DNA of 64,000 nucleotides from assembly GCA_964441495.1 (NCBI GenBank), contig CAYTXV010000004.1:210-64209 (forward strand). Reading direction: 5' to 3'. The DNA comes from an uncultured Candidatus Saccharibacteria bacterium. GTDB taxonomy: Bacteria > Patescibacteriota > Minisyncoccia > Phycocordibacterales > UBA9973. Shown here in pieces: positions 1 to 8,421 of the stretch (its first letter is position 1; each line of letters opens with the position of its first letter). Below the pieces are notes generated by a model. That model saw only the letters and a program-made list of their open reading frames with translations. It was not told the DNA's origin and did not search any database. Made by a program: the position numbers and the translations under genes.

Positions 1-1
1 A

Positions 2-253
2 GAGCAGGGCAAAAGCGCTGTTGTACTTACCTGTAGTGATACCGTACTCAAATCTCTCTCTATCCGTAAAAAGAACCCCGAAGAAGAGGGTTCTACCACA
101 GAGCAATCAGGTGCATTTGCTGGATCAAAAAATGGTAGCAAATACTACACCCCTGGTTGTCCAGGGCTTGAGCGAATCAAACCAGAAAACCGTATCTGGT
201 TTAAAAGCGTAGAAGATGCTACGCTCCAAGGGTATACTCCTGCTGCCTGTTAA
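2..253 (+). CDS. 3' end of a gene truncated by the window edge, with a Cys-containing C-terminal tail
   Basis: Frame 2 is open from nt 2 to TAA 251-253. It has no in-window ATG, so it is absent from the ORF track. Translation ends ...AFAGSKNGSKYYTPGCPGLERIKPENRIWFKSVEDATLQGYTPAAC*, resembling metal-binding-like C-terminal tails of secreted/competence-type proteins. Confidence 0.5.
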   Translation, partial: EQGKSAVVLTCSDTVLKSLSIRKKNPEEEGSTTEQSGAFAGSKNGSKYYTPGCPGLERIKPENRIWFKSVEDATLQGYTPAAC

Positions 254-256
254 AAC

Positions 257-1153
257 ATGAAAACATTTAGCAACATTTTCATTACCGTCTCACTTGGGGT
301 GTTTGCCACAGTATTGTTTGCGCCTGATGTTGCAGATAGTGTTACAGAAAGGGTACTTGCAACTTTTGAAAGTAATCAGATTGTTGAACCGATACAAGGG
401 TTGCAAGAACGAGTAAAACCCTTTATCCCGAGTGTATTATCGACAGCTATAAATAAACAGACAGTTACTGATGAGTCTACGATCACTCCTGAAGCTATTG
501 TTGAGGCAACCAATGCAGAGCGGATCAAAGCAGGTGTTCCACCGCTTCAGATCAACAGCAAACTTGTTGCGTCAGCAACTATCAAAACGAACGATATGAT
601 TACTCGTCAGTACTTTGAACACGATTCACCAAGTGGTAAGGGTGTATCTGATTTGGGACGGGAAGTCGGATATCAGTACGTTGTTATGGGTGAAAATTTA
701 GCACTCGGTAACTTTGCAAGTAGCCAAGATGTTGTAAAGGCGTGGATGGAAAGTCCTGGCCATCGCGCCAACATGCTCAATCCCAACTACCAAGAAATTG
801 GCGTCTCTGTTGCAAACGCACTCTACCAAGGACGCGAGGTCTGGTTTGCTGTACAACACTTTGGTACAGGGCGCACCGCATGTCCAACTATCAGTACAAC
901 ACTCAAAGCAAGTATTGACGCACTCAATGCAGATCTCAAAGCTCGACAAGCATACATCACAACAGAAAAGGCACTCCTCGAATCCCCTAATCGCCCCAGC
1001 GGGGAAGAGTATGCTACTCGTGTTGGAGCGTTTAACAATCTTGTTTCCGAATACAACACTACCCTCGTGATCTCTCAAGAAAAAATCAAAGAGTACAATG
1101 CACAGGTAAATGCGTTCAACTCGTGCCTCGGTCGCTACCAGTCAAAACAATAA
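257..1153 (+). CDS. secreted CAP/SCP (YkwD-like) domain protein with coiled C-terminal extension
   Basis: N-terminal hydrophobic anchor. CAP-type motifs are NAERIKAGVPPL, GENLA and AWMESPGHRANMLNPNYQEIGV. Confidence 0.85.
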   Translation: MKTFSNIFITVSLGVFATVLFAPDVADSVTERVLATFESNQIVEPIQGLQERVKPFIPSVLSTAINKQTVTDESTITPEAIVEATNAERIKAGVPPLQINSKLVASATIKTNDMITRQYFEHDSPSGKGVSDLGREVGYQYVVMGENLALGNFASSQDVVKAWMESPGHRANMLNPNYQEIGVSVANALYQGREVWFAVQHFGTGRTACPTISTTLKASIDALNADLKARQAYITTEKALLESPNRPSGEEYATRVGAFNNLVSEYNTTLVISQEKIKEYNAQVNAFNSCLGRYQSKQ

Positions 1154-1444
1154 TAACTCGCTGAAAGGAGAGTGGTTGCAGCACACTGCTCTGAGAGAGA
1201 TGTAACGTCGCACAATATATCTTTTACGACGCTATATAGAGAGTACAAGATGTATCGAGTTTTGTACCTACGCTGGTATGTGCCCTTTGACAAATGTCAT
1301 GATTTCTCGACAATGTCGGCATTTGATTTCAACGATGCCTTCAATCAATATGCCTTTACACAACAATTTGCCACATTTACACCTGTACTCATTTTTTATA
1401 TCTTGGAGCATTAGATAAGTATAAAAACGAGAGTTCAAGAAAAG

Positions 1445-2173
1445 TTAAAGATTGACTGGTACCTCAATCCGAAATTCGCTTCCCTGTTTCTCGCCACTTT
1501 TTACGGTGATTGATCCGTTAAATTCTTTTTCAACAATTTCTCGAACAATAGCAAGTCCAACACCAGAACCTGTTGGTTTGGTTGTATAAAAGAGTGTAAA
1601 TATTTTTTTCTGTATATGTTTGGGTATACCAGATCCACGATCTATGACTCGGACAATAAGTTTCTTTTTGTAGAATGTATAGATGATTTCAACGCGTGGT
1701 TGTGTCGGTACTGTTTTGTATGCATCGATTGCGTTGTCGATGAGATTGCTCATGATTTGGCACCAACAGATCGGGTTGCCAGGTAGCTTCACTCGTATAT
1801 GTTTGTAATCCAAACGAACAGTCGCTTTTGTTGCACGTATCTTTTGATCAAGTCCAGCGAGAGCTCTACGTGTTTGATTGATCGGACAAAACAATTGTTT
1901 TTGATTGGAGCTCATGCATGAGCGATGTTTGCGAACGATGTCTGCAAGTAGTTGCGCAATACACAGTGCCTTTTTGCAGTGACAGCGCCTCAGTGTTTGA
2001 GTGCATCGTATGCTTTGCTCAAGGTGCATCAAAAGCCCGCTGAGCGGATTTGCGATATCGTGGAGCACTTCATGACACTGTCTCCCTGCACGCAAAAGTT
2101 TACGATGCGTATGTATGCGCGTGGACTTCATAGTATCTCTCGAAACGGAAGTCAGGCATCCTCTATGTATCAA
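1445..2173 (-). CDS. soluble, sensor-less histidine kinase (Cys-rich DHp region)
   Basis: H-box HDIANPLSGL, N-box NLIDNAIDAY, G1 DRGSGIP, G2 GSGVGLAIV. No TM segment or sensor domain. Alternative start at 2131. Confidence 0.85.
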   Translation of the reverse strand: MIHRGCLTSVSRDTMKSTRIHTHRKLLRAGRQCHEVLHDIANPLSGLLMHLEQSIRCTQTLRRCHCKKALCIAQLLADIVRKHRSCMSSNQKQLFCPINQTRRALAGLDQKIRATKATVRLDYKHIRVKLPGNPICWCQIMSNLIDNAIDAYKTVPTQPRVEIIYTFYKKKLIVRVIDRGSGIPKHIQKKIFTLFYTTKPTGSGVGLAIVREIVEKEFNGSITVKSGEKQGSEFRIEVPVNL

Positions 2174-2182
2174 GTATAGCGT

Positions 2183-2851
2183 TTATGCGAGTTTGTATCC
2201 AACCCCGGGAACAGTCTGGATCAATGATCGATGTGTATAATCGCCAAGTTTTTTGCGTAGGTTGAGGATATGCGTCTCGACAGTGTTACTCAGTGGATCA
2301 GTGTACATCCCCCAGACGTGCTCGAGTATTGCGCTACGAGAAACCACAAAACCTTGATTGCGAAGCATGTACTCAAGCAATAAAAATTCTTTTGGAGTAA
2401 GCATGATAACTTTGTTGTGTAGTCGAACAGTATGTCTATCAGTATCAACACAAAGCGGACCATACGAAAGAACGGTTCGTTTCGTTTGGGCTGGTCGTTT
2501 AAGCAGAGCCCGAACTCGTGCAAGGAGCTCACCAAAAACAAATGGTTTACCTAGATAATCATCTGCCCCGAGGTTTAAAAGCGTGATTTTGTTGGGGATA
2601 TCTTGGACGATTGAAAGCATGAGTACTCGTGACGTTTCATTTGTTTTTCGAAGCGCTTTACAAATTTCAGCACCTGACTTGTGCGGCAAATTGTGGTCCA
2701 AAATGATCACCTCGTATGGATACGTAAGCGCTTTTGTAAGTCCTGTGCGACCATCGGTTGCACTATCGACAGTAAATCCTTCATCAGTAAATGCCTGTAT
2801 CAAAAACTCGAGGATATCAGTGTTATCTTCGACGATAAGGATTGAATTCAT
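2183..2851 (-). CDS. OmpR-family response regulator
   Basis: Receiver domain (ILIVEDN...ILDHNLPHKSG) plus C-terminal winged helix (TVPGVGYKLA). Lies 9 nt upstream of the kinase gene. Confidence 0.92.
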   Translation of the reverse strand: MNSILIVEDNTDILEFLIQAFTDEGFTVDSATDGRTGLTKALTYPYEVIILDHNLPHKSGAEICKALRKTNETSRVLMLSIVQDIPNKITLLNLGADDYLGKPFVFGELLARVRALLKRPAQTKRTVLSYGPLCVDTDRHTVRLHNKVIMLTPKEFLLLEYMLRNQGFVVSRSAILEHVWGMYTDPLSNTVETHILNLRKKLGDYTHRSLIQTVPGVGYKLA

Positions 2852-2860
2852 AGATCCGGT

Positions 2861-3793
2861 TTATCTATTTACAAAAAACTCAACAAGCACAAATGTCACC
2901 CAGAAGAAAAAGAGGATGTGCGCTTCCTGTTTACTGATTTTGCGGCCTGATCGCATAAAGTAGAACAAAAGAAATGATGCAATCACCATAAACATGCCAG
3001 TCACAAATACTATCTTTTGTGGAAATGAAAACGGGCGTACGAGCGCAAGGATACCGACAACTATTGTCGCATCAGCAAGTACTGTCCCAAGAATGTCTCC
3101 GACCGCAAGCGAGTCATCATTTCGTTTGAGAGATTTGAGTGAAAAGAAGAATTCTGGCATGGTGGTCCCAAGTCCAACGATGAGCATGCCGATGATGATC
3201 GGGCTGACACCGATACTCGTTGCAAGCGCTGTTGCTGCCGTCACGGTGAAATGTGCACCAACAAGAAGGAGTGCCATACTCGCAAGGAGTAGTCCAACAT
3301 TTTTCGCCTTTTCTCCGATACTTTGCTTAACAATCGGACCAGTATAACTCCCCTGTCGAAACGCAAGATAGTAAAAGATACCACCGATAATGATAAGTGT
3401 GGTACCTTCGATCCGAGAAAAATGCCCATTTGCTCCGAGGATGAGTGGTAGGAGTAAGATAAATGGATAGACAGTGTAGTTCTTGAGTATCTTTGATTCT
3501 ATCTTGATGCCACGACCTACGAGGAACAAGATGAGTGCGATGATGAGCGTGAGATCTGCGATGTTGGAACCAAACAGTACTCCGAGTCCAAATGATGGTA
3601 TACCGCTCAGTGCTGCGTTGATAGAGATAAATGTTTCTGGGAGGATCGAGATGATTGCAATGATGATGAACCCTACAGTGTATTTGGACAGGTGGTAGGC
3701 CTGCGCAAGTGCTGTTGCATATCGTGTTGCAAGCGTCGCTCCTTTGATAACCATAAACAGTGCTGTTGCAAAAATAAACACCTGGTTAAGCAT
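2861..3793 (-). CDS. Ca2+/Na+ antiporter family (CaCA, YrbG-like) membrane protein
   Basis: Polytopic membrane protein with two alpha-repeat-like motifs, GSNIADLTLIIAL and GDILGTVLADATIVVG. Confidence 0.8.
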   Translation of the reverse strand: MLNQVFIFATALFMVIKGATLATRYATALAQAYHLSKYTVGFIIIAIISILPETFISINAALSGIPSFGLGVLFGSNIADLTLIIALILFLVGRGIKIESKILKNYTVYPFILLLPLILGANGHFSRIEGTTLIIIGGIFYYLAFRQGSYTGPIVKQSIGEKAKNVGLLLASMALLLVGAHFTVTAATALATSIGVSPIIIGMLIVGLGTTMPEFFFSLKSLKRNDDSLAVGDILGTVLADATIVVGILALVRPFSFPQKIVFVTGMFMVIASFLLFYFMRSGRKISKQEAHILFFFWVTFVLVEFFVNR

Positions 3794-3857
3794 GCTTTAT
3801 TGTACCACCTTATCAAAAGCCGGTAAAAATGAGTAAAGGCAATATCGATAGAAATGA

Positions 3858-3885
3858 TTGACAAAAATTCTTATTGCGGTATTAT
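3858..3885 (+). promoter_or_regulatory. sigma70-like promoter (TTGACA-16 nt-TATTAT)
   Basis: TTGACA at 3858-3863 and TATTAT at 3880-3885, in an AT-rich spacer upstream of ORF 3913..4329. Confidence 0.5.
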
Positions 3886-3912
3886 TGTTTTTAGATTTTT
3901 CACAAAAAAATA

Positions 3913-4329
3913 TTGTTTATGCAAAAAAACCGTTCTCCGCACACCCATCATAAGGGTGACACCAAAATTCCTTACCAAAAAGAATGTAGGGTTTACTCTT
4001 CAAATCCACAGAAACTAATTCTTCTTTGTCTGGAAGGGTTAAAGCGACACAAAATTCATTCACTTTCGAGTTTAAAACACTTTATTTTTAACTTGCGAAG
4101 TGTGCGTGTTGAAAAATACAAGAATGCACCATGCATTGTTGTACCCCGCAAAGGCAAGAAGAGTCCTTTAATTGAAATAGTTCGATACAAAAGGGCTCCT
4201 ATGTCGGTTAAGGTGCGAAATCGTCTGAAGATTGATATCTCGGATCTTAAAATAGAAGAAGGTTTGCAGGATATTTGCGGTCTTGTTGCCTGGATAGAGA
4301 ATGATGCTATACACATCAAGCGAGCATAG
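3913..4329 (+). CDS. hypothetical protein (weak coding signal; TTG start in the track, first ATG at 3919)
   Basis: Only long ORF between a good promoter (3858-3885) and a terminator (4354-4387). No recognisable motif and no SD. Confidence 0.3.
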   Translation: MFMQKNRSPHTHHKGDTKIPYQKECRVYSSNPQKLILLCLEGLKRHKIHSLSSLKHFIFNLRSVRVEKYKNAPCIVVPRKGKKSPLIEIVRYKRAPMSVKVRNRLKIDISDLKIEEGLQDICGLVAWIENDAIHIKRA

Positions 4330-4353
4330 CTTTTCTTGTTTGTTTTTTAATGG

Positions 4354-4387
4354 AAGGCCTTCCCAATTTCTAGGGAGGGCTTTTTTC
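4354..4387 (+). terminator. intrinsic terminator
   Basis: AAGGCCTTCCC (4354-4364) pairs with GGGAGGGCTTT (4373-4383), including 2 G-U pairs, and is followed by a T-run. Confidence 0.55.
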
Positions 4388-4433
4388 TTGACAAAACATA
4401 GTCAAAGAAGTATTGTGAGAAAAACTGTCAGCC

Positions 4434-4883
4434 ATGAAAAAAGTACTTTTGTTGATTCTTTTACTTACGTGTAGTAATTTTTTGGTTTTTGCTCAAACAC
4501 CTTGTTCGTCTACAAGGTTGTTAAATGAGATGACTAGGGTCAGGTTTGATACTCCGCTTGATACAGCGGACATCATCCCTGAGCCAGACAAACACTCATG
4601 CATCACACAGCTCTCGCCTACTCAAGCTGCGGCCGCATGGAGAAGCATAGGTTCACAAAACCGGCACATCTACAGGTATCTTTTGACGGATGGTTTAAAT
4701 ATTATCTCAGCACAGGGGTACAGTGGAGTATATGTATTTAAACCCAAAACGAATACCTGGATGATTCAGAAATGGTCCAATCAGAGGTTGAAAAAAACTA
4801 AAAAGCCAAAGAGGTATTTCAATCCTCGTTCAAGATCGCTTCCCTCACCCGGAGGCGATTTTTTTTGGAAATGGTATACTTAA
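4434..4883 (+). CDS. secreted hypothetical protein
   Basis: Signal peptide MKKVLLLILLLTCSNFLVFA|QT. A basic C-terminus reads through a terminator-like hairpin. Confidence 0.55.
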   Translation: MKKVLLLILLLTCSNFLVFAQTPCSSTRLLNEMTRVRFDTPLDTADIIPEPDKHSCITQLSPTQAAAAWRSIGSQNRHIYRYLLTDGLNIISAQGYSGVYVFKPKTNTWMIQKWSNQRLKKTKKPKRYFNPRSRSLPSPGGDFFWKWYT

Positions 4884-4913
4884 CTCGTTATATCCGTAAC
4901 ATATCAATAAATT

Positions 4914-5459
4914 ATGAAAAAAGCATTTACAATCCTTGCAATAATCACGGCTGTCGTAGTGGTTGGCGCAGGCCTCTCAAATCAAGTAGACCCACAACCC
5001 GCTGATGTCTCAAGACTCATCCCTACTTCTCAGATACCACCGAGCAAGACCGATCCCAAAAAGACTCCGATAATTAAAGAGTCTCAAATTGATATCAATA
5101 CCACACAACCCAAAACAGGTTCACCGCTAATAAAACCGATCACTGATACCAATGAGCAAAGTCAGACAACAACCACTACTCAGCAGCAGGTAGACACAAC
5201 ACAAGAGACTTTTGTACATCAGCAACAACCACAACCATCATTTTTTGCCAATTTATTTGGGAGACGGAGAGAGCGATATTGGTGCCAAGATAATGGAAAC
5301 GGAACAGTGACGTATGGAACTGCAAACTGGGTATGTGAGCGGAGAGTACTGTTTTGTGTTAACGGTTACTGGGATTACGGTATCGGATTGACAATGCCAG
5401 GTAGTGCAGCTACTTGTGATATGTACCTCGAAGGTGTCCCAACAATAGTTGCTCCATAG
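4914..5459 (+). CDS. membrane-anchored hypothetical protein with T/Q/P-rich linker and Cys-rich C-terminal domain
   Basis: N-terminal TM helix (ILAIITAVVVVGAGL), low-complexity TTTTQQQ linker, and C-terminal CQDNGNG...WVCERRVLFCVNGYW...ATCDMY. Confidence 0.6.
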   Translation: MKKAFTILAIITAVVVVGAGLSNQVDPQPADVSRLIPTSQIPPSKTDPKKTPIIKESQIDINTTQPKTGSPLIKPITDTNEQSQTTTTTQQQVDTTQETFVHQQQPQPSFFANLFGRRRERYWCQDNGNGTVTYGTANWVCERRVLFCVNGYWDYGIGLTMPGSAATCDMYLEGVPTIVAP

Positions 5460-5460
5460 T

Positions 5461-5506
5461 AGCTAACAAAAAACCACTCACAAGTGTGAGTGGTTTTTTG
5501 TTAGCT
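5461..5506. terminator. bidirectional intrinsic terminator (perfect 22-nt arms)
   Basis: AGCTAACAAAAAACCACTCACA-AG-TGTGAGTGGTTTTTTGTTAGCT lies between convergent genes, with A- and T-tracts on both sides. Confidence 0.85.
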
Positions 5507-5839
5507 ACACGGCAACCCTGTCGTGAGACTATATGGACTCGTCATAGTGCATCCATCTGGAAACATGATACTGGTATCTGTCGGGTAATACTGTGGTTGG
5601 TATGAGGTATAGCTGTATGAAGTCTGTGGTGCTACAGATTGTTTCTGTGGGATGTATCGTACGATCGAGTATGTACCAACTTGTGCCGGTTGTTTCTGAT
5701 AGGTATCAAGTGGGCTGACACTTGCAGTGAGACCACCAAATCGCGCAAGCGGACGCTGTCCTGCCGCGACAAGGACGATAAGGATGATCCCGATAAAGAT
5801 AAGGATCAGAAGTAGTGTTCGATTGGTTTGGTCGTTCAT
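5501..5839 (-). CDS. membrane-anchored hypothetical protein
   Basis: N-terminal TM helix (LLLILIFIGIILIVLVAA), a Y/Q/P/S-rich middle, and a C-terminal GCTMTSPYSLTTGLPC motif. Confidence 0.55.
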   Translation of the reverse strand: MNDQTNRTLLLILIFIGIILIVLVAAGQRPLARFGGLTASVSPLDTYQKQPAQVGTYSIVRYIPQKQSVAPQTSYSYTSYQPQYYPTDTSIMFPDGCTMTSPYSLTTGLPCS

Positions 5840-5901
5840 ACGTGGGGTATGCTACACCCGGGTACTACTTGACTGCAATGTTTGTTTATGTTGTTTTGGA
5901 T

Positions 5902-6531
5902 ATGGTAGAATTGGACATGTTTGACCTGACTAAAGAGGAGCATCGCTTATTTAAAAAGCTCGATACACCAGATCGTATCCAAGACTTCCTCAACACACTC
6001 TCATATAACTTTGAAGCGGGTGGAGAGACGTGTCGTTCTCCTCGAGAAGTAGTGAGGTATCGCAAAGCACATTGCTTAGAAGGTGCGTATCTTGCCGCTG
6101 CTATCCTTTGGTACCACGGGCATACACCACTACTCCTTGATTTGCGAAGTACCAAAGGTGACCTTGATCATGTTGTTGCACTGTTTAAACGAGATGGGTA
6201 TTGGGGTGCGATCTCCAAAACAAACCATGCAGTACTGCGCTATCGTGAACCGATATACAAAACTATCCGAGAGCTTGTACTATCCTATTTTCACGAGTAC
6301 TTCCTCGATACAGGCATCAAAACGCTTCGTGAGTATTCACTCCCCTTTTCACTTAAACGATATGGAACTTCATGGATTGTGAGCACTGAAGACTTGTGGG
6401 AGATAGGCGCAGATCTTGATGATAGTCGGCACTACGCAGTACTTCCATCATCTATGAATCCTCGAAAGCTACGCAAAGCTGACCCTGTTGAGATAAAAGC
6501 TGGTACACTACTAGAGCATGAAGAAGTATAA
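5902..6531 (+). CDS. transglutaminase-like cysteine peptidase superfamily protein
   Basis: Cys/His/Asp-type motifs: AHCLEGAYLAAAIL (Cys) and DLDHVVALF (His). Start moved to ATG 5902 (alternative 5917) to avoid overlap with the convergent gene; the track ORF starts at 5815. Confidence 0.65.
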   Translation: MVELDMFDLTKEEHRLFKKLDTPDRIQDFLNTLSYNFEAGGETCRSPREVVRYRKAHCLEGAYLAAAILWYHGHTPLLLDLRSTKGDLDHVVALFKRDGYWGAISKTNHAVLRYREPIYKTIRELVLSYFHEYFLDTGIKTLREYSLPFSLKRYGTSWIVSTEDLWEIGADLDDSRHYAVLPSSMNPRKLRKADPVEIKAGTLLEHEEV

Positions 6532-7435
6532 GTATAAAAAACATATACATCTTATTGGTGCAAGTATTGCGCTTGCCGCCGCATCGTATATCAGTTTGCA
6601 CCAGCGACAAACGCTTTCTGCATATATAAACCAGCCTGAACCTGTACTGACACAGACTATGACTTCTACTCTACAGTCACAGCCGATCACTTATCGCAAT
6701 ATCTTTGTTACATCGAGTAAGCCCGGCGCAGAGATTGCTCGCGAGGTTGGGTTGAGTAATACACGATTTGTGATCACTTTTAACCGTCTCGACGAAAAGC
6801 ATATCGCCAAAAACACAACAATCGTCATCCCCTCAGAGCTCAAAAACTGGGACGCGTTATCACCCTTCCCTCAGACGCTCGAAAGCGCAGCATCGATCCC
6901 GCAACTCCTTTTGGTTTCTCAGCGCGTCCAAGCTATCGCTGCATATGAGTACGGCAAGCGTGTTCGTTGGATGGTGACAAGTACTGGCAAAAAGGATACT
7001 CCAACACCAAGCAAGCTCTACTTTACCAACTGGAAAGGAAAACTTGTTGTTAGTAGTGTCAAAGATGAATGGATTTTGCCCTGGTATTTCAACCTTGACA
7101 ATATGGAGGGTATATCACTGCATCAGTACGAGCTTCCAGGGTACCCAGCGAGTCATTCCTGTGTGCGTCTCACAGAGGCTGATGCAGAGTGGATCTACAA
7201 CTGGGCAAAGCAATGGATACTTGCCTCAGATGGCAATACGAAACTTGCTTCAGGAACACCTGTCATAGTGTTTGGCTCATATCAATACGGCAAAACCGCT
7301 CCATGGAAAAAGCTTGCAACTGATCCAACCGCAACAACACTTACCCAAGCAGAGCTTGATGCTATTGTGCAGACGTATCTTCCCGAGATACAACAAAAAG
7401 CTGCTCAAAGAGCAGCTCTCGAAGAGGCTCGTTAG
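6518..7435 (+). CDS. L,D-transpeptidase (YkuD domain) with N-terminal anchor
   Basis: YkuD catalytic signature LHQYELPGYPASHSCVRLTEADAEWIY, plus an N-terminal TM helix. Confidence 0.85.
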   Translation: MKKYKYKKHIHLIGASIALAAASYISLHQRQTLSAYINQPEPVLTQTMTSTLQSQPITYRNIFVTSSKPGAEIAREVGLSNTRFVITFNRLDEKHIAKNTTIVIPSELKNWDALSPFPQTLESAASIPQLLLVSQRVQAIAAYEYGKRVRWMVTSTGKKDTPTPSKLYFTNWKGKLVVSSVKDEWILPWYFNLDNMEGISLHQYELPGYPASHSCVRLTEADAEWIYNWAKQWILASDGNTKLASGTPVIVFGSYQYGKTAPWKKLATDPTATTLTQAELDAIVQTYLPEIQQKAAQRAALEEAR

Positions 7436-7995
7436 TATTTGCGGATCACTCCCCTGATGATTGCAACCACCGCGAGAGAGTGTTTGGGATACATTGGTTT
7501 AAACTTTTTGTTTGCTGGTTCGAGCCAGCTTTTTTTGCCGTCGGTGCGTAGATACTTCATCGTGAACTCTCCATCGATGTTTGCGATCACGATATCACCG
7601 TTTCGAGCTACATTGGTACGCTCTGCGATCACGATGTCACCGTCACAGATATGCTCATCGATCATACTGTCTCCATCGACTTCAACCATATATGTTTCTC
7701 GTTTCTTCCTCACGAGATAATCTTCGAGGTTGAGTGTTTCGAGTACTTCGTCGACTGCAGATGGGAATCCTGCTTTGACTGAACCGAGAAGTGGCATGCT
7801 ATCAAACTGCGCGGTTGGGAGTAGTTTGCCGAGACTATCTTTGACTACTATACCTGCATCTATCATTTTTTCTACAAGCTTGGCAACCGCGTTTTTGGAT
7901 TTGAATCCAAAGAGTGTCAACATCTCCGAATACGTCGGCATACGCTTGTGTTTATGGTGAAAGTCGATGAGTTGTTGTTTGTAATCCTGGTGCAT
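7432..7995 (-). CDS. lexA: LexA repressor (S24 peptidase)
   Basis: N-terminal LexA-type wHTH, an Ala-Gly cleavage site in VKAGFPS, catalytic Ser in VDGDSM and Lys in FTMKYL. Confidence 0.88.
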   Translation of the reverse strand: MHQDYKQQLIDFHHKHKRMPTYSEMLTLFGFKSKNAVAKLVEKMIDAGIVVKDSLGKLLPTAQFDSMPLLGSVKAGFPSAVDEVLETLNLEDYLVRKKRETYMVEVDGDSMIDEHICDGDIVIAERTNVARNGDIVIANIDGEFTMKYLRTDGKKSWLEPANKKFKPMYPKHSLAVVAIIRGVIRKY

Positions 7996-7998
7996 ATG

Positions 7999-8166
7999 CT
8001 AGAACAGAAACAGCTTGATAAACGGAGATTTGTATCGAGACAGTATACTCTTTTGCTTGTGAGGTGTATATCGACTCATGACTGGTGTTGTGCCTGTGTT
8101 GTGTACTTGGCAGAGTGCCTCTAGTCGCACGAGCTCTGATTGTATAAGAGTGCTAAAGGGTGTCAT
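7999..8166 (-). CDS. 55-aa small ORF upstream of lexA (paralog of 8172..8357)
   Basis: Hand translation gives MTPFSTLIQSELVRLEALCQVHNTGTTPVMSRYTPHKQKSILSRYKSPFIKLFLF*. It is below the ORF-track cutoff. It shares the start context ACACCTATGACAC with the upstream ORF and ends 3 nt before the lexA ATG. Confidence 0.4.
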   Translation of the reverse strand: MTPFSTLIQSELVRLEALCQVHNTGTTPVMSRYTPHKQKSILSRYKSPFIKLFLF

Positions 8167-8171
8167 AGGTG

Positions 8172-8357
8172 TTAGACAAATGAGAAAAGTTTGCTAAAAA
8201 GTCCTCGTTTCGACTGACGAGCAAGTTGGCGAAGGAGCGCTTTGTGGCGACGAGATTCGTCAGTATAACGCTGTCCGCGCAAGATCTTGTAATCGATACG
8301 TTCGTTGAGCTCACGGAGCTCCTGGTAGATGTTTTTGGTGTATTGATGTCGTGTCAT
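8172..8357 (-). CDS. 61-aa basic helical small protein with amphipathic hydrophobic C-terminal tail
   Basis: Product MTRHQYTKNIYQELRELNERIDYKILRGQRYTDESRRHKALLRQLARQSKRGLFSKLFSFV. It is the first gene downstream of the SOS-box promoter and is co-directional with lexA. Confidence 0.55.
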   Translation of the reverse strand: MTRHQYTKNIYQELRELNERIDYKILRGQRYTDESRRHKALLRQLARQSKRGLFSKLFSFV

Positions 8358-8405
8358 AGGTGTAGACAGGTTATTCTTGATAATCGCGACCTGTATCTAG
8401 TATAA

Positions 8406-8421
8406 GTGAACGAACGTTCAC
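8406..8421. promoter_or_regulatory. candidate LexA operator (Cheo-type SOS box GAAC-N4-GTTC) inside overlapping divergent promoters
   Basis: GTGAACGAACGTTCAC, with core GAAC(8408-8411)-GAAC-GTTC(8416-8419). Plus-strand promoter: TTGATA 8377-8382 / TATAAG 8401-8406. Minus-strand promoter: TTGCGT 8428-8423 / TATACT 8404-8399, so the box sits in that spacer. Confidence 0.6.

Noticed and set aside
21-212. 63-aa ORF at the window start.
   Set aside because: It is out of frame with the better-supported frame-2 reading, which runs open from the window edge to TAA 251-253 and ends in a recognisable Cys-motif tail.
1172-1414. 80-aa ORF (GTG start) in the spacer between the CAP-domain gene and the kinase gene.
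   Set aside because: The start codon abuts the putative SD with no spacing. The product is aromatic-rich with no motif, and no promoter is visible. Coding status is unsupported; the spacer is noted only for its palindromes.
8148-8156. GAGTGCTAA, an exact match to the right half of the CIRCE heat-shock operator.
   Set aside because: The required left half (TTAGCACTC, 9 nt upstream) is not present: CGAGCTCTG matches only 5 of 9. The site lies at the start of a micro-ORF far from any chaperone gene, so it is probably chance.
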